A DNA stretch of 64,000 nt from Clostridia bacterium (GCA_017510825.1 JAFWMA010000010.1:21647-85646); one strand, 5' to 3'; positions 1 to 9,225 are shown, counted from the stretch's first letter. Numbers and translations: made by a program. The notes: generated from the letters alone by a model not told the origin.

Positions 1-1
1 A

Positions 2-178
2 ATAAATATAAATCATATAGTTTTACCTAACAGAGCTCATAATGATAGAGAAGCATATGAACTAAAAAGAAAAAATCTTAGATTTATAAATGCTCGAGTT
101 ATACAAGAGGATCAAGAGCAAATAATTTGTTTAGCTTTTGATAAAAGGCTACATAAGGAGAGAGAAATTTTTAGGTAA
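2..178 (+). CDS. 3' end of an unidentified ORF entering from upstream (partial)
   Basis: Frame open from the window edge to TAA 176-178; C-terminal peptide ...NARVIQEDQEQIICLAFDKRLHKEREIFR; no family recognised. Confidence 0.3.
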   Translation: MNINHIVLPNRAHNDREAYELKRKNLRFINARVIQEDQEQIICLAFDKRLHKEREIFR

Positions 179-280
179 TAGAAGTGTACGGTATCTTGTA
201 ATTGGAACAAGGCTGATTGAATGAAAAAACTAGACAATATAGTATAATTATTATTTAATAGAACCAATAGAGGTGAAAAA

Positions 281-598
281 ATGATTAAATTGGAGATATT
301 AAATTTTATCAGAAATAATAAACAATATTTGGAAGACTTTATAACTAGGAGCACTTATCATTCAAATGCAATAGAGGGGTCAACTTTAACTTATGCAGAA
401 ACCTATGCTGTGCTATATAATGACAACAGCCTACTAAAAAATAATATACCACCTGCTGTAATAGCTAAAGATGATAGAGTAAAATACTTTGAACTACTAA
501 GAAATCAAGACGAAGATGGTTTAGCAGAATGGATAAAAGAGTTATCTAAAGAAGAAGGGGAAAGAACAAATAGATTTAAACAAGAAAAAATCTCATAA
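281..598 (+). pseudogene. Fic/DOC-family remnant (N- and C-terminal segments only, catalytic core missing)
   Basis: STYHSNAIEGSTLTYAETYAVLY matches the conserved IEGxxLT helix of Fic proteins, but the 105-aa product lacks any HxFx(D/E)GNGRxxR motif. Confidence 0.5.
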
Positions 599-620
599 TG
601 GTATATTGTGAGATTTTTTT
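586..620 (+). terminator. Rho-independent terminator after the Fic remnant
   Basis: AAAAATCTCA...TGAGATTTTTTT stem-loop followed by a T-run. Confidence 0.6.
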
Positions 621-711
621 GTGTTTACATAAATTTGTAATTTTACATAATTTATGGTATAATACTAATAGTTGCATTAATTGTAGATAGCTTATATAAA
701 GGAGAATTTGA

Positions 712-2127
712 ATGAGTTATATTGATTGGGATGATTTTGATGATTATGAGATTTCTAAAAACATAGTACATTTAGACCAGTATGATATGTATTATGTTAA
801 TTTTAAGATGAAAGATGGAACATCAAAAACAGTTAGGGTGTTTTGTGATAAAGGCTCAATTCCTGAACCTTATACAAAAAAACACAAAGAGCAAGAGGCA
901 TGGTATGAAGCTTTTGATAGCAATTTAACTGAAGTTATTGGCATGCAATTAGTGGGCAGGGATGGTCTAATGAATCAACAGGGGAGAGATGATTATATAT
1001 ATAGAGGAAACTTTTCTTGCGGATGGAACGATATTTATTATCCTATTTATGATGGCAAAACAAGAACAAAACTGGATTTATTTGAAGACAATTTATTTAG
1101 AACACAATTACAAGTTCAAGCAATAGAATGCCAGCAAGCTAGTAGAAGGAGTAATGGAGTTGAAACACGAGAATATACAAGGTATAGTTCAACGACACCA
1201 GCTCAAAAATTAAATGGAAAAGGTAAACACTATGCAATATCAGACGTTCACGGAATGTATGGTTCATATGACGAAGCAATTAAAAGAATGTCACCAAATG
1301 ACCATTTATATATAATTGGAGATGCTATAGACAGAGGAAGTGAAGGAATAAAAATTCTTCAAGACATAATCAGAAGAAAAAATGATACACGTAATAATCC
1401 AGAAATAACTTTCTTATTAGGAAATCATGAATGGCAATTTTTACATTGTTTAGCTTTAATGCAACATTTTGACTTAACAGAACAAGAAGTTGAAGCATTA
1501 GCAATGTGGAGACACTTTGAAAACGGTGGAGTTGATAAACAAACTTTTAGAGATTGTTATTTTTCTAGTTCTATTAGTGCAGCAAAAAAAGGTGTTGATA
1601 AAAATGATATATCTTGGTTTTATGCTTGGTATTTATATAATGGAGGCAGAAAAACTTTGCCAGATTTTCTAGAACTAGATAAAAAACAGCAAGATAATAT
1701 AGTATACTTTTTATCTAATTCGCCACTTGCACTATCACAGGAAATAGAAGGAAAAAAATATTTATTTGTTCATGCAATGCCTCCAGAAAGAGAAGAGCTT
1801 CTTCAATGTTTAATGAATGGAAACGAAGTTAATCTAGATAATATTGATCAAAGAACACTAAATGATGATGCTCATACAATGTTGGAGGGAAGAGAAAAGA
1901 AAATAGGTACTTATACTTATGGGCTTGCTAAAAGACATGGATTTACAACAATTTGTGGACATGAACCAACAATAGGAAAGATTGTAAAAAATCCTGATAA
2001 AGGTTTTGTGAGAATTGATGCAGCATGTCCAAGTGGTTGGTATGGTGGAAAACTAGCATTATACTGCATTGAAGATGGAAAAACGCAATACATTGATTCA
2101 CAAGAAAGAGAAGGAACTGATAGATAA
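712..2127 (+). CDS. PPP-family metallophosphoesterase (lambda-phosphatase/PrpE-like) with unknown ~170-aa N-terminal domain
   Basis: Motifs ISDVHG, IGDAIDRG, LGNHE in canonical order; RBS AAGGAG upstream. Confidence 0.8.
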   Translation: MSYIDWDDFDDYEISKNIVHLDQYDMYYVNFKMKDGTSKTVRVFCDKGSIPEPYTKKHKEQEAWYEAFDSNLTEVIGMQLVGRDGLMNQQGRDDYIYRGNFSCGWNDIYYPIYDGKTRTKLDLFEDNLFRTQLQVQAIECQQASRRSNGVETREYTRYSSTTPAQKLNGKGKHYAISDVHGMYGSYDEAIKRMSPNDHLYIIGDAIDRGSEGIKILQDIIRRKNDTRNNPEITFLLGNHEWQFLHCLALMQHFDLTEQEVEALAMWRHFENGGVDKQTFRDCYFSSSISAAKKGVDKNDISWFYAWYLYNGGRKTLPDFLELDKKQQDNIVYFLSNSPLALSQEIEGKKYLFVHAMPPEREELLQCLMNGNEVNLDNIDQRTLNDDAHTMLEGREKKIGTYTYGLAKRHGFTTICGHEPTIGKIVKNPDKGFVRIDAACPSGWYGGKLALYCIEDGKTQYIDSQEREGTDR

Positions 2128-2167
2128 GGAATATTAGACTTAGAGCTCCATATTAATTAAGAAGAAT

Positions 2168-2220
2168 AAAGAGAGGTAATTATTAATCTATGGATTGTAA
2201 ATACCTCTCTTTTAGATTTT
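2168..2220 (+). terminator. Rho-independent terminator
   Basis: AAAGAGAGGTA...TACCTCTCTTT stem then T-rich tail. Confidence 0.65.
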
Positions 2221-2229
2221 TAAACATAT

Positions 2230-2286
2230 AAAAAACGTGAAAAAATCACGAAAACAGCAATAAAAAACGTGAAAAAATCACGAAAA
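2230..2286. promoter_or_regulatory. Two identical 25-bp boxes, each containing the palindrome CGTGA-N5-TCACG (candidate operators)
   Basis: AAAAAACGTGAAAAAATCACGAAAA at 2230-2254 and 2262-2286 (32-bp spacing), ending 3 bp before the -35 of the next promoter. Confidence 0.5.
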
Positions 2287-2288
2287 GC

Positions 2289-2317
2289 TTGACTGAATAT
2301 ATAATTTAAGGTATAAT
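2289..2317 (+). promoter_or_regulatory. Sigma-A type promoter of the AAA ATPase gene
   Basis: TTGACT-17 bp-TATAAT. Confidence 0.6.
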
Positions 2318-2340
2318 GTTTATAAGGAGTGTAATGATTA

Positions 2341-3633
2341 ATGAAAAGAGAGATATATAATAAGTTAATAGAATGGAAAAATAATAATATAAATATGCCA
2401 TTTATGCTTGTAGGTGCTAGACAAACAGGGAAAACCTATATTTTAAATGAATTTTGCAATAATGAATTTGAAAAAAATCTGTATATTAATCTTGACAAAT
2501 CAGAAGATATTAGAGAAATATTTGAGGAAACACTTGAGCCAGATACAATAATACAAAATATTGAAGCTTTAAAAAACATATCAATAGATATAAACAACAC
2601 TATAGTCTTTTTAGATGAAATTCAAGTAAGTGAAAGAGCAATTAGTTCATTAAAGTATTTTTGTGAGAGTGAAAAACCATACAAAATAGTTTGTGCTGGA
2701 AGCTTATTAGGTGTTAAAATAAATAGATTTAAAAGTTCATTTCCAGTTGGAAAGGTTTGGATAGACTACTTATATCCTATGAAATTTAATGAATTTTTGC
2801 TGGCTATAGGAGAAGAAAAATTACTTGATTTGATAGAAAATGGATATAAAGATATGGAACCTATAATAGAGGTCAATCATAAAAAAGCTTTAAAATTATA
2901 CTATGATTATATCTGCATAGGAGGAATGCCTGCATCTATTTTACAGTATATTGAGAATGGTAAAAGCATTGCCAATATAGATGATGACTTGCTTAGAATA
3001 ATAATAACTTCATATTTAGCAGATATGGCAAAATACACAGAAAATACAGAGAGCATAAAAAACACAAAAATTTACAATTCCATTCCATCGCAGCTAGGCA
3101 AAGAAAATAAAAAATTCAAGTATTCATTAGTAGAAAAATCGGCAAGAAGTAGAGAATATGATTCATCTTTAAATTGGTTGCTCTCAAGCAATATGATATT
3201 AAAATGCGATGGGGTTGAAAATCCTAAATCACCATTAAAAGCAAACAAAGTGGATAATTTTAAGATATACTTAAGTGACATGGGGCTTTTAAGAGTTCTA
3301 GCTAATATAGACAAAACTGAAATCTTATTAAATAAAAATATGATTTATAAAGGTGCAATTACAGAAAATTATGTAGCACAAGTATTATATGCAAAACATC
3401 ATGAATTGTTTTATTGGCAACAAGGAAATCAGTATGAAGTTGATTTTCTAATCAATATGGAAGGAGACATAATTCCAATTGAAGTTAAAGCAGGAGACAA
3501 TACTACTTCAAGAAGCTTAAATCACTATATAAGTAAATATAAGCCTAAGTATAGTATTAGAGTATCAACGAAAAACTTTGGGTTTAGCAATAATATAAAA
3601 TCTGTGCCTTTATATGCGGTACATTTAATATAA
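2341..3633 (+). CDS. AAA-family ATPase (AAA_14/DUF4143-type architecture)
   Basis: Walker A GARQTGKT, Walker B IVFLDEIQ, 430 aa, typical length and layout of this family. Confidence 0.8.
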   Translation: MKREIYNKLIEWKNNNINMPFMLVGARQTGKTYILNEFCNNEFEKNLYINLDKSEDIREIFEETLEPDTIIQNIEALKNISIDINNTIVFLDEIQVSERAISSLKYFCESEKPYKIVCAGSLLGVKINRFKSSFPVGKVWIDYLYPMKFNEFLLAIGEEKLLDLIENGYKDMEPIIEVNHKKALKLYYDYICIGGMPASILQYIENGKSIANIDDDLLRIIITSYLADMAKYTENTESIKNTKIYNSIPSQLGKENKKFKYSLVEKSARSREYDSSLNWLLSSNMILKCDGVENPKSPLKANKVDNFKIYLSDMGLLRVLANIDKTEILLNKNMIYKGAITENYVAQVLYAKHHELFYWQQGNQYEVDFLINMEGDIIPIEVKAGDNTTSRSLNHYISKYKPKYSIRVSTKNFGFSNNIKSVPLYAVHLI

Positions 3634-3645
3634 GAGGAGATTTAA

Positions 3646-5193
3646 ATGGTAGATTATATAACGATAATAGGTGGAGGTTTAGCTGGGTGTGAAGCGGCTT
3701 ATCAAATTGCAAAAAGAGGAATAAAGGTGAAATTGTATGAGATGAAACCAGCTAAGTTTTCACCAGCTCATAGTAATGAAAATTTAGCTGAAATTGTGTG
3801 TAGCAATTCATTTAAGTCAGACTTGCTAACAAATGCATGTGGACTATTAAAAGAAGAACTACGAATGATGGATTCACTCCTAATAAAAATAGCAGATCAA
3901 ACAAAAGTCCCTGCAGGACAAGCACTAGCAGTAGATAGAGAGGAATTTGCTAAAAAAGTTACAGAAGAGATAAAAAACAATCCATTAATTGAAGTGATAA
4001 ATCAAGAGATTACATCAAAAGAAAGATTTGGAGACGCTTCTCAAATCTTACAAAACGAATCTCTAAGATTTGGAGATACTTCCCCAATTTTACAAAATAA
4101 AACTGCAGACTTGCCAAAAACCCCCGTCCCTAATGGCACTAATGGCAGGAATCTGCCAAAAACCTCCGTCCCTAATGGCAGATGCTTGGAAGAATTAATA
4201 GGAGAAGGAATCGTAATAATTGCAACAGGTCCATTAACATCAGATGCCTTATCAGAAGGAATTAGGAATCTAACAGGAGAGGAAGATTTACACTTCTACG
4301 ATGCTCAAGCTCCAATAGTTGAAAAAGATTCAATTGACTTTAATATAGCTTTTTATGGAAACAGATATGAACAAGAAAAGAAAAAAGATGAAACTATTGA
4401 ACAATGGAAAGAGAGATTAACTAATCAATCAGAAGAAACACAAAGTTATATAAACCTACTTATGAATGAAGAAGAATATAATAAATTTTATAATGAATTA
4501 ATTAATGCAGAAGTTGTAACACTAAGAGATTTTGAAAAACGAGAAATCTTTGAGGGATGTATGCCAGTTGAAATAATGGCTAAGAGAGGGATAGATACTT
4601 TAAGATTTGGGCCACTTAAGCCAGTTGGTTTTGATGATCCACGAACAGGAAGAAGGCCTTATGCAGTGGTTCAATTAAGACAAGACAATTCTCAAGGTTC
4701 ACTATATAATATTGTAGGATTCCAAACAAATTTGAAATTTGGAGAACAAAAGAGGGTATTTAGTATGATACCAGGATTAGAGAGTGCTAATTTTGTGAAA
4801 TATGGTGTGATGCACAGAAATACATTTATTAATTCAACTAGATTATTAGATAATACATATAATTTTAAGGAAAATAAAAACATTTACTTTGCTGGACAAA
4901 TTACAGGAGTAGAAGGGTATGTAGAATCAATTGCATCAGGATTAGTATCTGGTATAAATGCTGTAAGAAGCTATAAAGAAGAAGAAAAAATAATATTTGA
5001 TGAACAAACTATGTTAGGAGCATTAGCAAAATATATATCAACACCTAACGACAAGTTCCAACCAATGAATGCAAACTATGGAATTTTACCACCTTTGAAA
5101 GAAAAAATAAGAGATAAAAAGTTAAGGTACAAAACATTAAGCGAAAGAAGTTTAAAAATAATTCACGGTATGCTTTATGTAGTAGATAAGTGA
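3646..5193 (+). CDS. trmFO: Methylenetetrahydrofolate--tRNA-(uracil54-C5)-methyltransferase TrmFO, with in-frame insertions
   Basis: FAD fold IIGGGLAGCEAAYQ, VCSNS, FEGCMPVE, VGFQTNLKFGEQKRVF, GQITGVEGYVES; 515 aa versus ~435 aa for typical TrmFO. Confidence 0.93.
   Translation: MVDYITIIGGGLAGCEAAYQIAKRGIKVKLYEMKPAKFSPAHSNENLAEIVCSNSFKSDLLTNACGLLKEELRMMDSLLIKIADQTKVPAGQALAVDREEFAKKVTEEIKNNPLIEVINQEITSKERFGDASQILQNESLRFGDTSPILQNKTADLPKTPVPNGTNGRNLPKTSVPNGRCLEELIGEGIVIIATGPLTSDALSEGIRNLTGEEDLHFYDAQAPIVEKDSIDFNIAFYGNRYEQEKKKDETIEQWKERLTNQSEETQSYINLLMNEEEYNKFYNELINAEVVTLRDFEKREIFEGCMPVEIMAKRGIDTLRFGPLKPVGFDDPRTGRRPYAVVQLRQDNSQGSLYNIVGFQTNLKFGEQKRVFSMIPGLESANFVKYGVMHRNTFINSTRLLDNTYNFKENKNIYFAGQITGVEGYVESIASGLVSGINAVRSYKEEEKIIFDEQTMLGALAKYISTPNDKFQPMNANYGILPPLKEKIRDKKLRYKTLSERSLKIIHGMLYVVDK
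4024..4190. repeat. Repeat-derived in-frame block inside trmFO (2 x 42 nt + 2 x 42 nt)
   Basis: AGATTTGGAGACGCTTCTCAAATCTTACAAAA.../AGATTTGGAGATACTTCCCCAATTTTACAAAA... then two GCCAAAAACCYCCGTCCCTAATGGCA units; CCGTCCCTAATG is the reverse complement of CATTAGGGACGG in the glmS leader repeat. Confidence 0.75.
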
Positions 5194-5410
5194 GTAGCAT
5201 TTTTAAAATATATATTTTAAGATATGTATATAACTATGAGTGATATGTAATGATTGTTACAATAATATTACAATTATATTAAAATTATATTAAAAAATAG
5301 AAAACTGCTTGAAATTACTAGTGAATTTTGTATATAATTATTTTGTAATATTGTATATTATGACAATAAGAAAAAGTAATGCTATATTGCTAAAAAAGAT
5401 AATATCTAAG

Positions 5411-5439
5411 TTGACATAAAATACAAAAAATGGTATAAT
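5411..5439 (+). promoter_or_regulatory. Sigma-A type promoter
   Basis: TTGACA-17 bp-TATAAT with a TG motif just upstream of the -10 (TGGTATAAT). Confidence 0.6.
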
Positions 5440-5472
5440 TAATATTAGATGGATTAAGAAAGGAGAATTAAA

Positions 5473-5607
5473 ATGGATGAAAAATTAATAGATGTATTTA
5501 AAACAATGTCTTCAGAAGAATTAGCCGATTTGAAAATTGAAAGTGAAGAAGTTATTATGGAAGCAGATGAGTTAATTGCAGAATGTGATGAAGCACTTAA
5601 TTCTTAG
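5473..5607 (+). CDS. Small acidic protein (44 aa), unknown function
   Basis: AAGGAGAA RBS 7 nt upstream; MDEKLIDVFKTMSSEELADLKIESEEVIMEADELIAECDEALNS; below the ORF-track cutoff. Confidence 0.5.
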   Translation: MDEKLIDVFKTMSSEELADLKIESEEVIMEADELIAECDEALNS

Positions 5608-5635
5608 AATAATTAAAAATGGAGGGGAATAAGAT

Positions 5636-6799
5636 ATGAGTGAACAAACTTATAGAGATTTTAAGGATAGAAATGAAGAATATGTAAAAATTAAAAAGCA
5701 ACTTGAATTAGCTAAAACTAAAATTCATAATTTAGGTATTTCGTTAGAACAAATTAATCTTAGAAAAGAACAACTTAAGCTTGAATTAAAAAGAAAAGGA
5801 TTGTCTGATTCTGAAAGAGATAGTATTAAAACTGGGATTAAAGACTGTGATGTTACTATTAAAAGTATTAGAGAAGAAACAATTCAACAAAGAAAGATTC
5901 CTGAAAAAGTTAAGAGTATGATAGAGGAAATATCAAGAGATCCTGCTATTAAACAGGCGGTTGATAAACATCTAGTTAGGGGTTATGCAAAAAAGGTGAA
6001 AAAGGTTCAGGAGAAAAAAGTCAAAACTGAAACTTTATTAGCATTAATCCAAGAGCATCCTTCAATAAAAGGTCCTCTTAGAGGAATGTTTGAATCTATA
6101 AAAAGCATTAAAGAATTAACTAAGGTGTTAATGACACTAGACCCAGTAGCTGATCATGATTTAATAGATGCTACAAAGTCAAATATCAAAGATAAAAAGG
6201 ATATACTTGATAAGAGTAAAGCAGAACTAAAAGCTTTTCTTTCTAGAAATGATGTTGACATAGATATTTCAGATATAATGAAAATGACTAATAAAGGCTA
6301 TAAATTAGATGGTAATGGTCGTATTGATGTTGAAAAAACATTGAACAGGCAGATGAAAGGATATGATAAGCAAATTGCTCATTTTGATAATGCTATTAGA
6401 CAAATAGATCCTTCATATAGTGTAACACAACAAGCTCAAGGTCAGAGTAATTTACCTAGTGAAGATATTAAACCATGGCAATTAATAAAGAGATTTAAAA
6501 GATGGAGAGCAGAGAGAAAAGCAAAAAGAGAAGAGAGAAGAATTGAGGAATCATATTTAGAAGAAAGTGATGAACCTGAAGGAAGTGGAACTGATTTGGG
6601 AGATACTACAGTTATAGAAGGAAGAGATGGAAGACAAGGAAATAGTCGAGAACAGGCTCAACAAAAAATTCGTGAAAATATATTTAAATATGATATCGTT
6701 AATGATTTGGTTGCACAAAGAGAAGAAGAATATAGAAAGCAAGCTAGAGAAATGCGAAGAAATAGAAATAATTCAAATGATAGAGATGATGAAAGATAA
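5636..6799 (+). CDS. Charged coiled-coil protein, unknown function
   Basis: 387-aa ORF, GGAGGGG RBS, K/E/R-rich heptad-like sequence; no family recognised. Confidence 0.7.
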   Translation: MSEQTYRDFKDRNEEYVKIKKQLELAKTKIHNLGISLEQINLRKEQLKLELKRKGLSDSERDSIKTGIKDCDVTIKSIREETIQQRKIPEKVKSMIEEISRDPAIKQAVDKHLVRGYAKKVKKVQEKKVKTETLLALIQEHPSIKGPLRGMFESIKSIKELTKVLMTLDPVADHDLIDATKSNIKDKKDILDKSKAELKAFLSRNDVDIDISDIMKMTNKGYKLDGNGRIDVEKTLNRQMKGYDKQIAHFDNAIRQIDPSYSVTQQAQGQSNLPSEDIKPWQLIKRFKRWRAERKAKREERRIEESYLEESDEPEGSGTDLGDTTVIEGRDGRQGNSREQAQQKIRENIFKYDIVNDLVAQREEEYRKQAREMRRNRNNSNDRDDER

Positions 6800-6848
6800 T
6801 ACGTTTAAGAGGGTTTGTTATGTTGGACAAATCCTCTTTTGATAAGGA

Positions 6849-7457
6849 GTGAATATGAAGCATTTTATTTTTGATATGGGAGGAGTTCTTGTAAAGCCAA
6901 TTCCTCATGAATTAGTTAAAGACGAAATAAGTTATGTTAAATGCGACACAGAAGAAATGAAAGATTTTTTTTGGAATACATTTTTTGAGTATGAAAAAGG
7001 TAATTTAAATACTAAAGAATATGTACATAAACTTCAGCCATATTTCAATAAAAATAATATTACTCCTGAAGAATATGAAAAAACATATTATGATATAGGA
7101 AAAAAATATGGTGGAACTTTTGAAAATGCATACAGTGAATTAAGAAAATTAAAAGACGAAGGGTATAAAGTTTATTTACTATCAAATCTTCATGAAGTTA
7201 GTTTTAAAGATTTCTCAAAAATTTTTGATACTAGTGTTTTTGATAAGCTTTTTTTGTCTTATGAGATAGGAATGATAAAGCCTGATAATAGTATTTATCA
7301 ATATGTAATTAATAAAATACATGATGACCCAAAAGAAATGTGCTTTTTTGATGATAAATTAGAAAATATTGAATCTGCAAAAAGAAATGGAATGAATGCT
7401 ATACAAACTACAGGGGATATACTTGATGATAACATTGAATTTGCTAAAAAAATGTGA
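6849..7457 (+). CDS. HAD-superfamily hydrolase
   Basis: Motif I FDMGGVL, motif II LLSN, motif IV FFDD. Confidence 0.8.
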   Translation: MNMKHFIFDMGGVLVKPIPHELVKDEISYVKCDTEEMKDFFWNTFFEYEKGNLNTKEYVHKLQPYFNKNNITPEEYEKTYYDIGKKYGGTFENAYSELRKLKDEGYKVYLLSNLHEVSFKDFSKIFDTSVFDKLFLSYEIGMIKPDNSIYQYVINKIHDDPKEMCFFDDKLENIESAKRNGMNAIQTTGDILDDNIEFAKKM

Positions 7458-7634
7458 TGAATGAAATGATCTTTAATGAGGATGTATTTTTTTGACCAAA
7501 GTAAATTAGAGGATTTTTATAGTGATATGATGATTTGTGATTGCAAGTGCAATATTGGAATTTAAATAGTAGAATAAGCATTGACGTTTTTTGGGGAATA
7601 TACATAGATACCAATAAAAAACAACTAAAATCAC

Positions 7635-7663
7635 TTGACTTTACGGTAAATAGATGATAAAAT
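7635..7663 (+). promoter_or_regulatory. Candidate str-operon promoter
   Basis: TTGACT-17 bp-TAAAAT about 110 nt upstream of rpsL. Confidence 0.45.
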
Positions 7664-7774
7664 AATACTGTTGCAAATTATATGTAACAGTATTATTTTT
7701 ATGTAGAAAATAAATCATCTTTGATGAAAATTTCTACAAGTAATTTTTAATTATAGAACGGAGGTGAAATTTAA

Positions 7775-8188
7775 GTGCCAACAATTAATCAATTAGTTAG
7801 AAAAGGAAGAAAAACTTCAAAAGCTAAGTCAAAATCACCAGCTTTGCAACATGGCTTCAACTCTATGAAAAACAGACAAACTAATGCTAAGTCACCACAA
7901 AAAAGAGGTGTTTGTACTGTAGTAAAGACTGTAACACCTAAGAAACCAAACTCAGCTTTAAGAAAAGTTGCGAGAGTTAGACTTTCAAATGGATATGAAG
8001 TTACTTCTTATATTCCAGGTATTGGTCATAACTTACAAGAGCATAGTGTTGTTCTTATAAGAGGTGGAAGGGTTAAAGATCTTCCTGGTGTGAGATACCA
8101 TATTATAAGGGGAACTCTTGATACAGCTGGTGTTAAGGATAGGATGCAAGCTCGCTCGAAGTATGGAGCTAAGAAACCTAAAAAATAG
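7775..8188 (+). CDS. rpsL: 30S ribosomal protein S12
   Basis: GTG start after GGAGGTG; [12 protein letters not shown]...[16 protein letters not shown]...VRYHIIRG. Confidence 0.98.
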   Translation: MPTINQLVRKGRKTSKAKSKSPALQHGFNSMKNRQTNAKSPQKRGVCTVVKTVTPKKPNSALRKVARVRLSNGYEVTSYIPGIGHNLQEHSVVLIRGGRVKDLPGVRYHIIRGTLDTAGVKDRMQARSKYGAKKPKK

Positions 8189-8311
8189 TTTTTGTTGTGA
8201 AAAGTGTCATTCTACTGCGTTAAAATAATTTTCTAAGACCTCGACATACAGATGTATAGTCTCGTCCTTTTAAAATTATTTTGCCTTGTATAACTTGCTT
8301 TTGACAACAAA
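8189..8311. repeat. ~123-bp palindromic MITE-like element, copy 1 (rpsL-rpsG spacer)
   Basis: Termini TTTGTTGTGAAAAG / CTTTTGACAACAAA, inner arms AAAATAATTTT / AAAATTATTTT, centre ATACAGATGTAT. Confidence 0.75.
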
Positions 8312-8312
8312 C

Positions 8313-8440
8313 TGTTTGTTGTGAAAAACTGCATCTTATGTTGTCAAAATAAAATAAAAAAAAACTTCGACGTACACCACGTACAGTCTCATCTTTTTTA
8401 TTTTATTTTTCTTAGTAATATTTGTTTTTGACAACAAAAA
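8313..8440. repeat. ~128-bp palindromic MITE-like element, copy 2 (diverged core, same termini)
   Basis: Termini TTTGTTGTGAAAAAC / GTTTTTGACAACAAA; inner A-run/T-run arms; centre GTACACCACGTAC. Confidence 0.7.
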
Positions 8441-8754
8441 TATTGAAAAGAGAAGTTTCTAGCTTCTTAGGAAATTTGGTGCAATATAATTGATAATTTG
8501 GTTAGTACTTAAATTTGAAAATAGATTGCACTAGACGGAGAAATTTGAGAAGATATTAAAGTATTAAATTTCTAAGAGTACCTTGATGTTTTTATAAACA
8601 TTACAAATAAGATTTTAAGAATTTAAAATTAGACACGAGCAGAACAAGGAAGATGATGAGCTACTACGAAAACTATATTGATATATGTTGAGGAGGAGCG
8701 AAGAAATCTGACACAGTAATGTGAAGTGTATCATTTTAAAAGGAGGGAAGAATA

Positions 8755-9225
8755 GTGCCAAGAAAAGGATATGTAGCAAAAAGAGAAATTTTACCAGATC
8801 CTATATATAACAGTGTTAAAGTTACAAAGCTTATTAACAATGTTATGTTAGATGGTAAAAAGACTGTTGCACAAAAAATAGTTTATGATGCATTTGAAAT
8901 TATCAAAGAAAAAACTGGAAAAGATCCACTTGAAGTATTTGAAGAATCATTAAATCAAATTATGCCAGTTCTTGAAGTTAAAGCTAGAAGAATTGGTGGT
9001 GCAACATATCAAGTTCCACTTGAAATAAGACCTGAAAGAAGACAAACATTAGGTTTAAGATGGTTAGTTTTATTTGCTAGAAAAAGAAATGAAAAAACTA
9101 TGGCAGAGAGATTAGCAGCTGAAATAATGGATTCACTTGAAGGTAATGGTGGAGCTTTCAAGAAGAAAGAAGATATGCATAAGATGGCTGAGGCTAACAA
9201 AGCTTTTGCACACTACAAATTTTAA
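8755..9225 (+). CDS. rpsG: 30S ribosomal protein S7
   Basis: GTG start after AAGGAGGG; [20 protein letters not shown]... Confidence 0.98.
   Translation: MPRKGYVAKREILPDPIYNSVKVTKLINNVMLDGKKTVAQKIVYDAFEIIKEKTGKDPLEVFEESLNQIMPVLEVKARRIGGATYQVPLEIRPERRQTLGLRWLVLFARKRNEKTMAERLAAEIMDSLEGNGGAFKKKEDMHKMAEANKAFAHYKF

Noticed and set aside
112-354. 80-aa ORF on the - strand at the window start
   Set aside because: It overlaps the 3' end of the upstream ORF and the Fic remnant start in antisense. It is AT-rich and hydrophobic low-complexity sequence without an RBS.
6627-6842. 71-aa + strand ORF overlapping the end of the coiled-coil gene
   Set aside because: It is an alternative frame inside a longer, RBS-supported ORF, with no independent RBS or recognisable product.
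7661-7697. Hairpin AATAATACTGTT...AACAGTATTATT + TTTT as an attenuator in the rpsL leader
   Set aside because: Its left arm overlaps the predicted -10 and transcription start. It would therefore not be fully transcribed from that promoter, and its role (terminator for upstream read-through or coincidence) cannot be decided from sequence.
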